Origin: Callorhinchus milii
Taxonomy: Eukaryota
Reading direction: 5' to 3'
Length of the DNA stretch: 64,000 bases
NCBI RefSeq assembly: GCF_018977255.1
Contig: NW_024704743.1
Span: forward strand, 110,796,001-110,860,000
The notes under the pieces were generated by a model. It was not told the origin of the DNA. It saw only the letters and a list, made by a program, of their open reading frames with translations, and ran no database searches. Shown here one piece after another: positions 1 through 11,729 of this stretch (positions are counted from its first letter, which is position 1; each line of letters begins with the position of its first letter). The position numbers were made by a program, and so were the translations under genes.

Positions 1-101
1 ATAATGCTTGCATCTGGTATAGCCCCTTCCACGTTGGGAGGATGTCCCATAGCGCTTCACAGGATATACATAGAGTGGATTGATTGTGTGTTTTGTGGGC
101 A
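1..101 (-). mobile_element. SINE 3' fragment
   Basis: Reverse complement of the shared SINE tail (cccacaaaa...gtgaagcgct...gggacatcctcccaacgtgg...gcaagcattat). Confidence 0.75.
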
Positions 102-784
102 ACTTGAATTGCATTCAAGATGAACTGCACAATTAAAAAAAAATCAAAAAAAAGACAAGGTTTCTGCCGAAAGGGGGAAAAAGAAACCTATAGCAAAAGC
201 TAAACATTACACTGCGCCCGCCCCCCCCCATAAAAAGAGGAGGTGTTTTTGCACTACGCCGATTCCTGCCCGCGTTTCCATGGGATCAGGCGGACGGGTT
301 TGAGGGTCCGCGTCATTTGTCAAATTAGTAGAAATGATTATATTTGTGGCCTTTAATAAAATATAAAGGCGTTCCATCATAGGACCCGTTTCACAAGAAC
401 AATGCCCTCATTGAGCCCGCGCCCCGTTGCAGAGTGAGAGCTTGTGCTGCAGGACACGGAACAGCCGACAGACAGAACAAGCCTTCATTGTGTCGCCTGG
501 ACCCGTCATCTCACCCCGCTTCACTGCAATTCATCTCAGGGCAACGACTGCCTTGAGTCATTTTTCTGGAGTTTTTATTTTATTATTTTTGGGAAATGTT
601 ATCACCTGCCTGGATACGTTTAGGATCAGGCTTCCCCTCAGGCATTCGGGCAGAAATAACCCTGACGTAACCTCTTACTGGGGCTTTCTTCATCCTCTGC
701 TTAGTTATAGGGTGCCCTTCTCTCCTGTCTCTCAAGAGTCTGTTCCCCCCGCTCTATTGGAACCGCTCAAAAATTACACTTATT

Positions 785-992
785 GGTAATAATCCCTTCC
801 AAAAGAAACAAAAAATTGGTCACTCTTAGGCATCTCAAAGCGCTTCATAGGATACACTGTAAGTGAATTGACTGTATATTTTGTGGGCGAAATGCGGCAG
901 CCAATTGCACACAGCAATGCCCCACAAACAGTCGTGGATTGAAGTGTCCAAGATAAGATGCTATATCAAATGCAAGATTATTGTTATTATTA
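785..992 (+). mobile_element. SINE 3' half with an internally inverted segment (826-951)
   Basis: Both flanks match the SINE consensus on the + strand; the middle matches on the - strand. Confidence 0.8.
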
Positions 993-2466
993 CTGCTGGC
1001 TGGGCACACGAGCTGGGAAGTGGAAGCTAAGGTAGGTGAGGAGGGGAAAATGACAGAAAGCGCAGTCAAAGAGGAATACCTTGAATATTCTCTGAATACA
1101 ACACTGGTTTGAAAGGCCAATTGTTAACAGTTGGATGGCTGGGTGTTTTTCACAGCTCGAGTGGTGTAACTGAAAATATTATTGTGTTAGCATTGCTTTC
1201 ACTGATGAAGCATAAAATTCTGCAGTTTGACTTGTGCACAAAAATAATTCACACTACTAGCATTGTGGCAGACTGATGTTTACCGTTGAGAACATTGATA
1301 GTTGAGACCTAAAATAATTTTTTTGGCAGTTTGTGGTGCATTGTGGTGTGCAGATTTGCTGCTGTGTTTGCTTACAAAATATAGTATATCTTGCAAAGGT
1401 GTGAGATGCCCTTCCAATGTCTTCAAATGTAAAGATTATCATCAATACAGTATTATCTTTCATAAATCACTTTTATAATTTATATTGTAATAGTAATACT
1501 GTTATATTTAAGCGCTCCGAAATGCCATCCAGGCTGAAGGGTGCTACATAAATGCAAGTTGTTGTTCTTGTTGTTACTGCAGTTTTAACGTCTGAGAACC
1601 TTTTCAGCTGCAGTAGGGTTGACGTGCTCTGATGCTACCTCATTCAGAAGACCTGAGGTGCAGTATAAGAAGGTGGCCTCGGGTACACCAGTGACTGGAG
1701 GAAAGGCCATTCGGGGCTGCAGTCTTGACATCTTATTCTTAAGGAGACTCCTAGTGTTTCCTTCTTAACCTCCTCTCCTTTGTCACGCTGGTCCTGTTTA
1801 TTTGTAGATTGAATCATATTGAAAGAAACGGTGAGACAATACCGGTTCGTGGACAATGCAACATTTGGAAATATTTCTCCTGAGCTTCCTTTTAAACAAC
1901 TTTTGTCAACCTTAATTTTTGACTTATTATGATTATAAAAATTGACGTTGCTCTGCCAACGCAGCCCATTATAGATGATGGTTCAATGTAGAAAGGTACC
2001 AATTATTAACGGCAATGTTCATCCACTTCCATTTGTCAGTAACTGCTGTATGAATTAATACTACCTGCATCAGTACACTTGGATCAGAGACGTGAAAATC
2101 TCTCTCGTCTTAGCCTTAAGACCATAGCCGTAAATAGCAAGGCAGAGCAGGCAGAATTTTGGAAGGAAAATTCTTTAACTCAAAATTAATTCATTCTCCC
2201 CTACTCCGTATCTGGCCCTGTTTCTGAACTGCTCCAACGGAGTTATATGAATGTTTCTTATTGTGTGTAAAGAGCTCTTTCATATCCAGTTTCCTATTTG
2301 TTCCAATCAATCCATCAAATGTGGGAGAGGTTGCATTAAAAATACTTTAAAAAAACAGTGTGCCTTAGGATCAATACTGTCTTGGAACTGCAGTCAAATT
2401 ATTTCCCCCTCAACTCTTTACAAATCTGCCAATGCATTAGATCTAAACTCGTCATCTCAGGCTGCA

Positions 2467-2700
2467 GTGATAATAATAATCCTTGCATTGAAACGTCTCA
2501 AAGAGCTTCACAGAATATACTGTAAAGTGAATTGATCGTTTATTTTCTGGACGAAACGCGCAGTCGTGGATTGAGTGACCAAATAATTTTTATTTTTTTA
2601 TTTATTCATTTATATTTTTGAAGGAATTATTATTGCCGGAAAATTGACTAACAACCAGGTTCCTACTTACTGCTAGGTAAACAGAGGTGTGTGTGTGTGG
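2467..2700 (-). mobile_element. Partial SINE with internal deletions
   Basis: taataataatccttgcatt...cttactgctaggtaaacagagg is the reverse complement of the SINE tail and body. Confidence 0.7.
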
Positions 2701-3371
2701 AGGAAGGAAACTTGCCCAGTAAATACATTAATACATTATGTATTTACTGGGCAAAATGTTCACCCCAGGTTATAAAGCAGCTATGTAAAGTGGAACTTGT
2801 GCCATTATTTCATACACCTGGGGAAACTTTAACCATTAATGTAGTTGCATTTTGCACGGATTTCTGTTTTCATAGCATTGTTTAAAAATAATTTCTAATT
2901 TTTAATAGAATTATTTGATTAATTAGAATGAATAATATTTCTGTGTACGCCCAGACTTCCCCCCACCCCTCCCTCTGCATTGTGCAGTGTCTGAATAAAC
3001 AGGTTTCCAGTGAACAATATCACTACAGGCACGGAGGCTGGGGGAGTTAGCACCACACTCTCATTTCTGTTTCAGACAGCTTCACAACATAAAGCTGTTT
3101 GAGAATATTTGCATCAGATTCATCCATTGCTGTGGTCTGTGGGAAGGGATTAAAATAGCCAGGAGTGAATATTATTGTGTCATCATCCTTTGGACAGCAA
3201 GGAAGATGAGCTCATCGGGATTACTGAGCTGTACATCTGCGACACAGCATCAGTGTCAAACTCTGGCAGGGGCTGTTTATGCTGTTGTATTGCGTGATGC
3301 GAGGCAAATTGAATTGTGCAAATAAACACACATAGAAAGCAGAAAGAACCTGCATTTTTTTTGAGTATCTT

Positions 3372-3702
3372 AACCACATCGAAGCTATGAAGTGTGTATT
3401 TTCTAGGCGAATGTGGCAGACAATTTTCACACAGCAATAGCCATGAATTGACCAATTTTATCTGGGGGAACTTTCCCTTCTCTTTTCGAATGGTGCCATG
3501 GAGTCTTTTCATGTCCACCTGAACAGGGAGATGGGACCTTGGTTTAATGTCTCATCCAAAAGCTAGTACCTCCAACATTATTGCACAACAGTAGCACTGC
3601 GATAGATTGTCAACCTAGACAACATGAGTTCAACTCCCAAAGTGAGGAACCAACCCACAACCTTCTGACTCAGAGGTGAGAGTGCTACCAATGAGCCAGG
3701 CT
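3372..3702 (-). mobile_element. Old DeuSINE-like element (SacSINE1/AmnSINE1-type central domain)
   Basis: atgtccacctgaacag...ggtttaatgtctcatcc...aacccacaaccttctgactcagaggtgagagtgctacc; same family as 58418-58855. Confidence 0.7.
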
Positions 3703-4169
3703 AATAACCTGGTTTATATTTTACTCAGCCAGTAGGGATGGAACAGTTACAGCAGTTTAATTAAATTCAATCCAGATAATTTGTATTTTATTTATAATTT
3801 AAAAGATGTAAAGATTTTTTTAAAATTCTAAACAAAGGCTTCCATTTGGGGTGAAGCGAGGAGCAGGGATTCTAATGAGTCTGAGTGTTTTTATGAGGTG
3901 TGACGGAATAAATGGAGTCAGTGTGGTGATTGACAACATCTGGTCTATATTTGCTCTCCCTTTCCCAACACTAAGAGGTCACATACAAGTTGTGTATGTA
4001 TCCATACAAGCCACAAGTTTACATTTGTCTGACAAGTGGCTCACAGCAACACTGCTCGGTGTAATTATATCCATAATTTCTTCTCTTTCTCTGCCCCCTT
4101 CCCACCCCCATATATATGCCAGGGAGCAAGTGGTGGTGGTGGAAAGGGAGGAAGGGATTGGGACAGTTG

Positions 4170-4310
4170 AAGGGGTAGGTTTCCAGGAGGCATTTGAAAG
4201 CAGATAAAGAAGGGGTGAGGCAGAGAAATTGAGGCAGCAAGTTCCAGAAGGAGGGAGGGAATGCGAGGATGAGGATCTTGAATTCTATCTGCTGGGGGAT
4301 AGAGAGTCCA
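4170..4310 (-). mobile_element. Decayed L2 LINE 3' ORF2 fragment
   Basis: Minus-strand translation includes IPQQIEFKILILAF, compare IPQRIEFKILVLTF in the L2 at 56648-57480. Confidence 0.6.
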
Positions 4311-4699
4311 GTAACAAAGAAACCCGCATCTGTGTTATGCAACTGACCTCTAGTGTATCAACTGTGCTATTGGATTGCTGATCAATAGTATAAGCCTTTC
4401 ACAATCATAATCAGAAAGAACTTCAGCAAAAATGCTACCTTTCAAACTTTGCCTTTGAAAATTAGGGCATTTAAGATTAACAATCCACACAGCAGCTATC
4501 AAATATTGTACAGTAGATGAGAGAAATGTGCCTATTTTATGCTACTGTAACACCCACAATTTCACTTTATAATTCAAGAAAGTTTGTCTGAAAATAACAG
4601 CTGCATATAGATCAGAAAATGCATCACTGCTAATATAGAACAGGAAATACATCACTGCTACATATAGAACAACAGCAATTTACTTTTGATACAGCACCT

Positions 4700-5165
4700 T
4701 TCATGTCAGTGAGAGCCAGTGAAGTGAGCGAGGATGGGTAAGATAGATTAGTGGTATTAATGAAGGTCTTGGCAGCCAGCGAGAAAGATGATTATGGAGA
4801 CAGGCGATGTTACTGAGGTGAGGGAAATTTGAGTGAGTGAGAGCCCAGATGTAGTGTTTGAAAGACGGAGAAAAGACACGGATTGCAGAGTTCTAGATGT
4901 CTGTAGCTGCGTAGGGAGGAGCTGGGGAGTCCAATGACAAAGCACTTGTATGGTTGAGACTGGGTCTGAGGAAGCATCTCGGCAGGTGAGGAGAGAGGTG
5001 GTTTTGGTGGGGCTGGCAGTGTTGGAAACGTGGGTAATCCAAGTAAGAGAGAGCCCAAATCTAGGGTTTGTTAGACAATTGCAGGTTAAACTGGACACCG
5101 AGGTTCCACACCTTGTAAGATGGAGTGAATATCTGTGCAGATTGTGGTCAACATTGAGGTGAGAA
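4700..5165 (-). mobile_element. Decayed L2 LINE fragment (endonuclease/linker region)
   Basis: Purine-rich + strand. Minus frames give degenerate APE-like text (THVSNTASPTKTTSLLTCR), similar in composition to the L2 endonuclease at 63365. Confidence 0.45.
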
Positions 5166-7616
5166 GGTGCTGACAGTAGCCTAGCAGCAAAGCCTCTGTT
5201 TATGCTGTTGTATAGTGTGATGTGTGGGAAATTGAATTGTGCAAAGAAACACACATGTAAAGCAGAAAGAGCCTGCAATTTTTAGTGTCTTTGAGAAGTT
5301 TTGAATATGTCTTTACAGGACAGCCCCAATATAGCATTGCTAATGTCACTTCCCTGGGAGAGAGAAGGAATTAAAATGGTAAGGTATATTATAACTGGGT
5401 CACTCACCAGTGTAAAGATTCCGATTCTCTATTCATAATACTGTATCTTCACAACATTACTATAAAAACAGCCATTAGGGGGCACGTGAGAGTAAAATAG
5501 GGACTCAGATGCCTCTTTTATAATGATGCACGTGGGTTCCCTCTCTCTCGCTGTCTCTCTTTCTCTTTGCCATACACTCCTCAGAAGACAAGTCTTAATG
5601 ATCTGATAATAAACTGTGCATTCAATACAATGAAACTTATAATGACAAAATGTCTCTCAGTGCTTCAGAGGAAATTGCTGTAAACAAATTTGTAAAGTGT
5701 AGTAACTGTGTATTTGTAGACAAACATGACAGCCAATTTGCACCATGCAGCAGGTCCTGATTCAAGAAGAGGAGGAGATTTCTCTCAGTGTCCTGGCCTC
5801 GCCAGTCACAATACTGAAAGAAACCCCTTCCTCTTTTCGAATCGGGTCATGGAACCGTTGGAGTCGAGACAGGCCAGTGACATGACTGAGGATTATAATT
5901 CACCGAGTAAAGAATCCCAGGCAGATGGATATGCTTTTTTTTCCACGGAAAGTGGACGAATCATTGTTGGTTACTGGGTGTGCTACGATTCTGGTACAGC
6001 GTGGGTCCACAGCACCACTGAGCTATAAGAGAACACTAAACTACGTACATATTAATGAGGCTGCCCTTGTGTGATGCACAAAAAGAACAGGAGATAGTCT
6101 TGCCATCTCTTAATAAGTCTTAATAATCTAATAATTCCCTGCACTGGTGCAGAGGACACATTTTTATTGCTCTCTTTGACATTATTCAATGTTGCCTCTT
6201 TTTTCACCAGCAGCAGACAGATTTCAGCTTTATCCACCAATCTTGGGAGTTAGTGTCACATTAAGCAAAGGCCTGTCTGAGCCTGGATTTTCTCTGGATG
6301 CTTGCCAGATGGATCAGTCTGTGTTTATTTGTTGAAGTGAGTGTGTGTCTGTGTGTGTGTGTGTGTGTTGTGGGGGAAGGAGGGTGGATATATGTTGCTG
6401 ATGCAGCCAACCATTCAAAAGAGTTTTCCTCTCAATTTTACATCAAGGGGCTGAGTCAAAGTGAGTTATAGCAAGGAGGGAAAGGGAGAGAGCGTGGGGG
6501 GGGGGGAGAAAGGAGGGACATGTCAGTCCAAGTCATCTTTTCATCCAATCCTTCTTTTCCAATTTTCTCTTCTTTCAGATGAAGGTGCTTTGGGTGCTTT
6601 TTCATATCATATCAATGGGCTTCGTACTTACAGCCTCTTTTATTCCTCTGTGTGTGTGCGTTCCTAAGGAGACAAAGGAGATGGAAGAATCGTAGCAATA
6701 GGTTCACTAATTCAGTGCCGATGAGTTTAACTGCACACTGACTGAACAGTCGGCATCTGTAGTAATGTGGTTGGAAAGGTCTTAACCACAGCCCTAATGG
6801 TCAGAACCAGTTTGTACTGATTGACAGTCAGTGGGGTGGGGGGATGGGAGGGGGGCTGGTGTGGGTAGCCACTTCCCCTCTGGGCTTTGACAGAGTCTGA
6901 GAACGAACACCAGAACTCTATGTTGTAATGTCTTTTTGATGAGGTGCTGCTCGTGGTAAACAGATCAGCAATAAATAGACGCACTGTCTTTCTCTGTTTT
7001 CGAAGGTGTTTTATGCTATGGCCTCTTGCTGGGTGGGAAGTCAGCCAGATCTGCTCTCAGGCTTGTCTACATTTCATCTGGTCACGAGGAAATGCAGAAC
7101 AGCTCTCAGTAGCCTCTCCCTCTGAAATAGTTTCTCCCTGTACACAATTGTGTGATCACTGACGGAGTTAGCACATGCTCCCCATGCAATTGCATGTGCC
7201 TCATGCCTCCAATGGTCACACAATTGAGGGGGGAGAATGTGGAAATACTAAGGGCTAAAATGCAGGATTTCTGTTGGGATTGCTTTCGTAAGTCTGAGTT
7301 CCTTCCAGTAACCAGACGTAAGTCACAGCGACTTGCGGTAGAAGCTAAGTCCACAGAGCAGAGTTCTGGTGGGTCTCTGGAATTTCTTCTTGGAAGGAGA
7401 GAATATTACGCTGTGTGGTGTGAAATTATCAAGTCCTCCAAAGTTCTAGTGGAACCAGTCGATAATTGAAGATCTGCTAGAGGTGCGACACTAACCCCCA
7501 CCCCATGCTGTGCTCACTGATATACAGTCAATTCACTTTTACATATAAAATGCAAGGATTATTATAAATACAGTCACTCCACTTCACAGTAAAATTCTGT
7601 GAAGCGCTTTGTGGCG

Positions 7617-7768
7617 TTCTGTAGCTCAGTGGTTAGAGCACTCGCCTCGCAAGCGAGAGACCTGGGTTTGATTCCTGGCAAGGCAAATGTTGGGCCGTTT
7701 TCCTTACTCCACACGCCTCTGTTTACCTAGCAGTAAGTAAGAACCCGGTTGTTAGTCGATTGGCAGGA
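7617..7768 (+). mobile_element. SINE 5' portion (tRNA-like head plus body)
   Basis: gtagctcagtggttagagcactcgcctcgcaagcgagagacctgggtttgattcc; Pol III A and B boxes. Confidence 0.8.
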
Positions 7769-8244
7769 CTCTAGGTGTTAATTAACACATCACACATTAC
7801 AATTTTCACTCCGGGATTCCTTTACAAAAAAAATTCCAACAACAAAGCCAAAAATTCCAACAGCAAAAACAAAAGTTTGGAGCTGAGAAGCCATTTCATT
7901 TTGTTACTGGATTTGAGGAAAGGACTTAAATTTAACATTTTGTTTTGGTTTCTTACAGATCTGGCTTCAATAGAGGCACCATCTATTATTATATATCTTG
8001 TACTTTGGTCAACACCCTCAAACTCACCCTGCTTTCTTCCCTGCTGGATGATTGTATTGAAGCACCTTGAGATGTTCATCCTACATAAAAGGCACCCTGT
8101 GTACAAGTTGTGCTGATTTCCAGTTTGTGTTTTAAAGGATAGAAGTGAAGTGGCTACACACAGCGTGCGGTGAATGGTTTGAGCTGAGCTGAGCTGCTGT
8201 TTGACGACAGTGGAAACTGTGCAGCCTTGTGTTTTTTGATCAGC

Positions 8245-8515
8245 TGAGTGTCTGACATATGCGGAAACCCATCACCATGCTTAAAGAGTATCCAAATCAA
8301 ACTGAGAATTGCCACCTACATATTCCCATGAATCCCACCTACATATGGAAATCCCAGAGATATTTGTTGGAATGGAATGTGCATTCTCTCCCTGGAGGGT
8401 TATATTCTGTTTACCTAATTCCGGAAAGTATTAGGCACAGGTTATCAAGAGCCAAGGCTTGGAGATCCCAGAATGTGAGTTGGTGTCCTGCTGGAGTCTA
8501 ACTACCTAAAACCAC
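8245..8515 (+). repeat. Old unclassified dispersed repeat (family X)
   Basis: Aligns by eye to the reverse complement of 56300-56528, 15478-15705 and 43442-43630, and to 41790-41930. Confidence 0.7.
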
Positions 8516-10426
8516 ATAGCTTGCCATTGATATCACTGTCTGGCAAGCTTTCCCGCTGCTTGTCCAGTAAGTATACTTTAGGGGTTATCTTATGCCGATC
8601 GCTAGAGAATAGGCATGAAGGATGTACTCGGATCAGAAAGATTGTAGTCTGGATTGATTGTAGAATAGGATTGTACAGAGCTGAAAATACCATTAGGGTC
8701 CACGAGGCTGGTCCTAAAATAATGACAAGTTACATTGTGTGATACGGCATCGAAAAAGGCCATTCAGACTAGCTAGTTCATGCCAGTGTGTATACTTCAC
8801 ACAAGCTCCCCACTCCTCCTACTCCCCAAACCTATACTCCACTATTCCCTTCTTCCTCATGCAGGAATCAAGTTTTCTCTTAAAGTACACTGATGCTATT
8901 TGATTCAACTACAGCTTCACTAGATTGTTGTAAAGCTACCTAAGTACCAAGGTACAATTTACAATTTGTAGGTTGCCAGTCAGGCTTTAGCAAATTTAGT
9001 CATGGGTGAAAAATATTCATAGCCAAAGTTAAATAACCACACAGACAGCAAGGTTCAGTGAGTGACTGCTGTCATTTTTAACCATTGCAACAACCTCAAA
9101 TACTTTCAGCAGTATTTTTTACCAAGTGAAGGTCAAAGCATAATGTATGAGACCAAAAAAGAGCATTTGGTCCATTCTTTCTAGTGACTTGTGTGTAATT
9201 TGTAGACATTACTCAACTTGTTTCACCTCCTGGAGGAACTGACCAACTCCCGAGTGGATAAATCTCTCATAAGTGTTCTGGCTTCTCTTCTCTCTAAAGG
9301 TAATCCAGGTAAACTCTGGACATCAGCTTGATACTACAATCCTTATTGTTTGGCTTTACCCATCTGCATTCCGCATACGTGTCCAGCTCTTTGTAACGCA
9401 GGACTCATTTTGCTCCATAAAGTGTACGATTGCACCTGATTGTGCTTGTGCTTAGAAACATTCAATCCCATTCTTAAACAAATATTCAGCTAGTTGTCCA
9501 GTTGAATCCATTTTTATAGTATGTTGGGGGAGAGGGGTGGCTATTGGAGGAATCTTTTAACACCCCTTCGCTCCCTCCACCCTGTCGCACCCCCCCCCCC
9601 CCCCCCCTCCCAATTCAGGTGAAAACTCCAGCTCCTTGGGAAAGGCACTACATAAATGTAAATTTGTATTGTACTGGATGTCACTGAGTGTTGTGTGAAG
9701 GGCAGTGTGTAATATAGGAATCTTACAGGATTCTCTGAGCTCTGTGGGCTGTGTGTACGAGTGAGATAAATTCCCAAATCCAGGGGTTTATTATTCATTC
9801 TGTTTTCACCACGAGTGTTGTGCACAATAGGCCGTTGGAAGAAGAAATGTTCTGTTCATTACTCCTTCCATTTATTTCTAGTTGAGGCACCTACACATAT
9901 AGAAATTGTTTTTTTTTTACTATCTCCCCATTGTGATGATTTATCACTTCACTCCTTTAGATGACTGTATCTCAAACACAGCTTATTAAAAGTTCCACAT
10001 GCAACTGTATGACATACCCTCCGTTATGTATCTATCTAGAGGGTGCAACCCATGCAGTGATCAGAATCCACAAGACTACTGGTTTTCCTGACTCTCCAAT
10101 GTAGATTCCAGGGCAAACTGACCTGGTGTGAAACAATCACTCAGAGACGAGGTTATTCTCAAGAAGGAGATACTGTTTCCTGGCGTATTAATATTGTAGC
10201 GCCACATTCCTGTAACTGTAACTGAAAACCTGTCCTGGGCTAAGGTCACCTGTGGGTTTCACTTTACTCTCTATTTTCCAACTCTCTTATCATCTTCTTC
10301 TACTTCCTATCCTTCTTTCCATCTATTCTTCCTTCCACCCTATTTTTTTGTTTTCTTTCCTTTTTCCTTTTGCTTCATTCCTATCTTTCCTGCCCTCCCT
10401 TCACAACATATAACACAGTGATATCA

Positions 10427-10740
10427 GTGGAGTCCTGTAGCTCAGTGGTTAGAGCACTCGCTTTGCAAGCGAGAGACCTGGGTTCAATTCCAGGCACAGG
10501 GCCAAACCTTGGGCAAGTTTCCTTACTCCACACGCCTAATAATAATCCCTCCAAAACCCAAAACAATAATAAATTGGTCATTTTCAATCTACGACTGTTT
10601 GTGGGACATTGCTGTGCGCAATTGGCTGCCGCGTTCGCCCACAAATATACAGTCAATTCACTTTATAGTGTGTTCTGTGAAGCGCTTTGGGACGTCCTCC
10701 CGACGTGAAAAGCGCTATATCAAATGCAAGGATTATTATT
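10427..10740 (+). mobile_element. Young full-length tRNA(Ala)-like SINE with TSD atatca
   Basis: A box TAGCTCAGTGG, B box GGTTCAATTCC, TGC anticodon-like loop, (ATT)n tail. atatca at 10421-10426 and 10741-10746. Confidence 0.92.
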
Positions 10741-10970
10741 ATATCACACTTCATATCACGTTGTGTGATACTCCAGATATCACAGTGTGATTGATACATT
10801 TCATACCATAGTTGAGGGCAGTATTGTCTGTTTTTTCATGTTTGGAAGCACTATCGTGCACACCAGTCTTATAAACCTTCTAAACTCGTTTCCAAACAAC
10901 AAGTACTCCAAGACGCTATTCCACAAGAACGGTGCTCTTGGTGCTCTGCAAGAATGGTGTTCTTGGTGCT

Positions 10971-11520
10971 CCTCTCGACTGGACTACTCTAACGCTCTCC
11001 TCGCCGGTTTCCCATCCACTACCATCCATAAAATCCAAATCATTCAAAACTCTGCCGCCCGCATTCTCACCCACACGAAACTCCGCTCCCCGATCACCCC
11101 AGTCCTTGCCAGACTGCACTGGCTGCCTATCCCAGAGAGGATCGATTTCAAGATCCTCACCCTTGTATTCAAGTCCCTGCACTCCTCCTCAAAAAAGTAC
11201 CCGTTGGCTTCATTCCTCCGGGTCTGATCTCCTCCTCGTCCCCCGAGTCCTCCGCTCCACCCTCGGCGGCCGTGCCTTCAGCCACTATGCCCCGAGGCTC
11301 TGGAACTGCTTTTCTCACTCCCTTCGTCTCGCTCCCTCCCTTCCCATTTTCAGGTCTCTGATGAAGATCTTTTCGACCGCGCTTTTGGTCACCTTCCGCC
11401 CCCCTGCCCCTAGCTCGGCCCCGGGATCCATTACTGTAAAGTGCTCTGAGATGCTGTCCGGCGTGGAGGGCACTATATAAATCCAAGTTGTTGTTATACA
11501 AATACAAGTTATCATTGTTG
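10971..11520 (+). mobile_element. 5'-truncated L2 LINE (ORF2 C-terminus, 3' UTR, (GTT)n tail)
   Basis: Translates as [13 protein letters not shown]...[10 protein letters not shown]...[15 protein letters not shown] and GGRAFSHYAPRLWN; 3' stem-loop and gttgttgtt tail. Confidence 0.9.
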
Positions 11521-11619
11521 TTGGTGCTGACTGCATCTCTCAGCACTTCATAGCTCCAGTACCATGCAGTGCCATGGCAGTAACTATGGACATGTCTTTT
11601 TGTTGTTGTTCTGATGCAG

Positions 11620-11729
11620 GAAGTTGTCTGAGGAAGGCGAGATGGACAAAGTCACAGCAGCGATGGTCCTGACTAGTCTGTCCACCAGTCCACTGGTCCG
11701 CAGCCCTCCTTCCGCGGTGCGTGTCACAG
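11620..11729 (+). CDS. ZNF704: ZNF704-like internal coding exon (first one found in the window): (R)[36 protein letters not shown]
   Basis: Acceptor ...gatgcag|g, donor g|gtatgt. Contains the [23 protein letters not shown] motif of ZNF704-family proteins. 110 nt; its phase fits the next exon. Confidence 0.9.

Noticed and set aside
1608..1672. Possible small upstream exon AVGLTCSDATSFRRPEVQYKK
   Set aside because: Weak donor (gtggcc), phase incompatible with exon 11620, no recognisable homology.
7006..7317. Possible upstream exon (acceptor-like ttttcgaag, two gtaagt donors, MQDFCWDCF frame)
   Set aside because: No family similarity, and both donors are phase 1 in that frame while exon 11620 needs phase 2. 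A non-coding exon cannot be excluded.
10430..10500. tRNA-Ala-like sequence with A and B boxes
   Set aside because: It continues directly into a SINE body and tail and lacks a proper acceptor stem, so it is a SINE head rather than a tRNA gene. The same holds for the other copies.
10509..10790. Recurring peptide [32 protein letters not shown]...[11 protein letters not shown] in several ORFs (also 46674, 56043, 61690)
   Set aside because: It is the translation of the non-coding SINE 3' half; recurrence reflects repeat copies, not a protein family.
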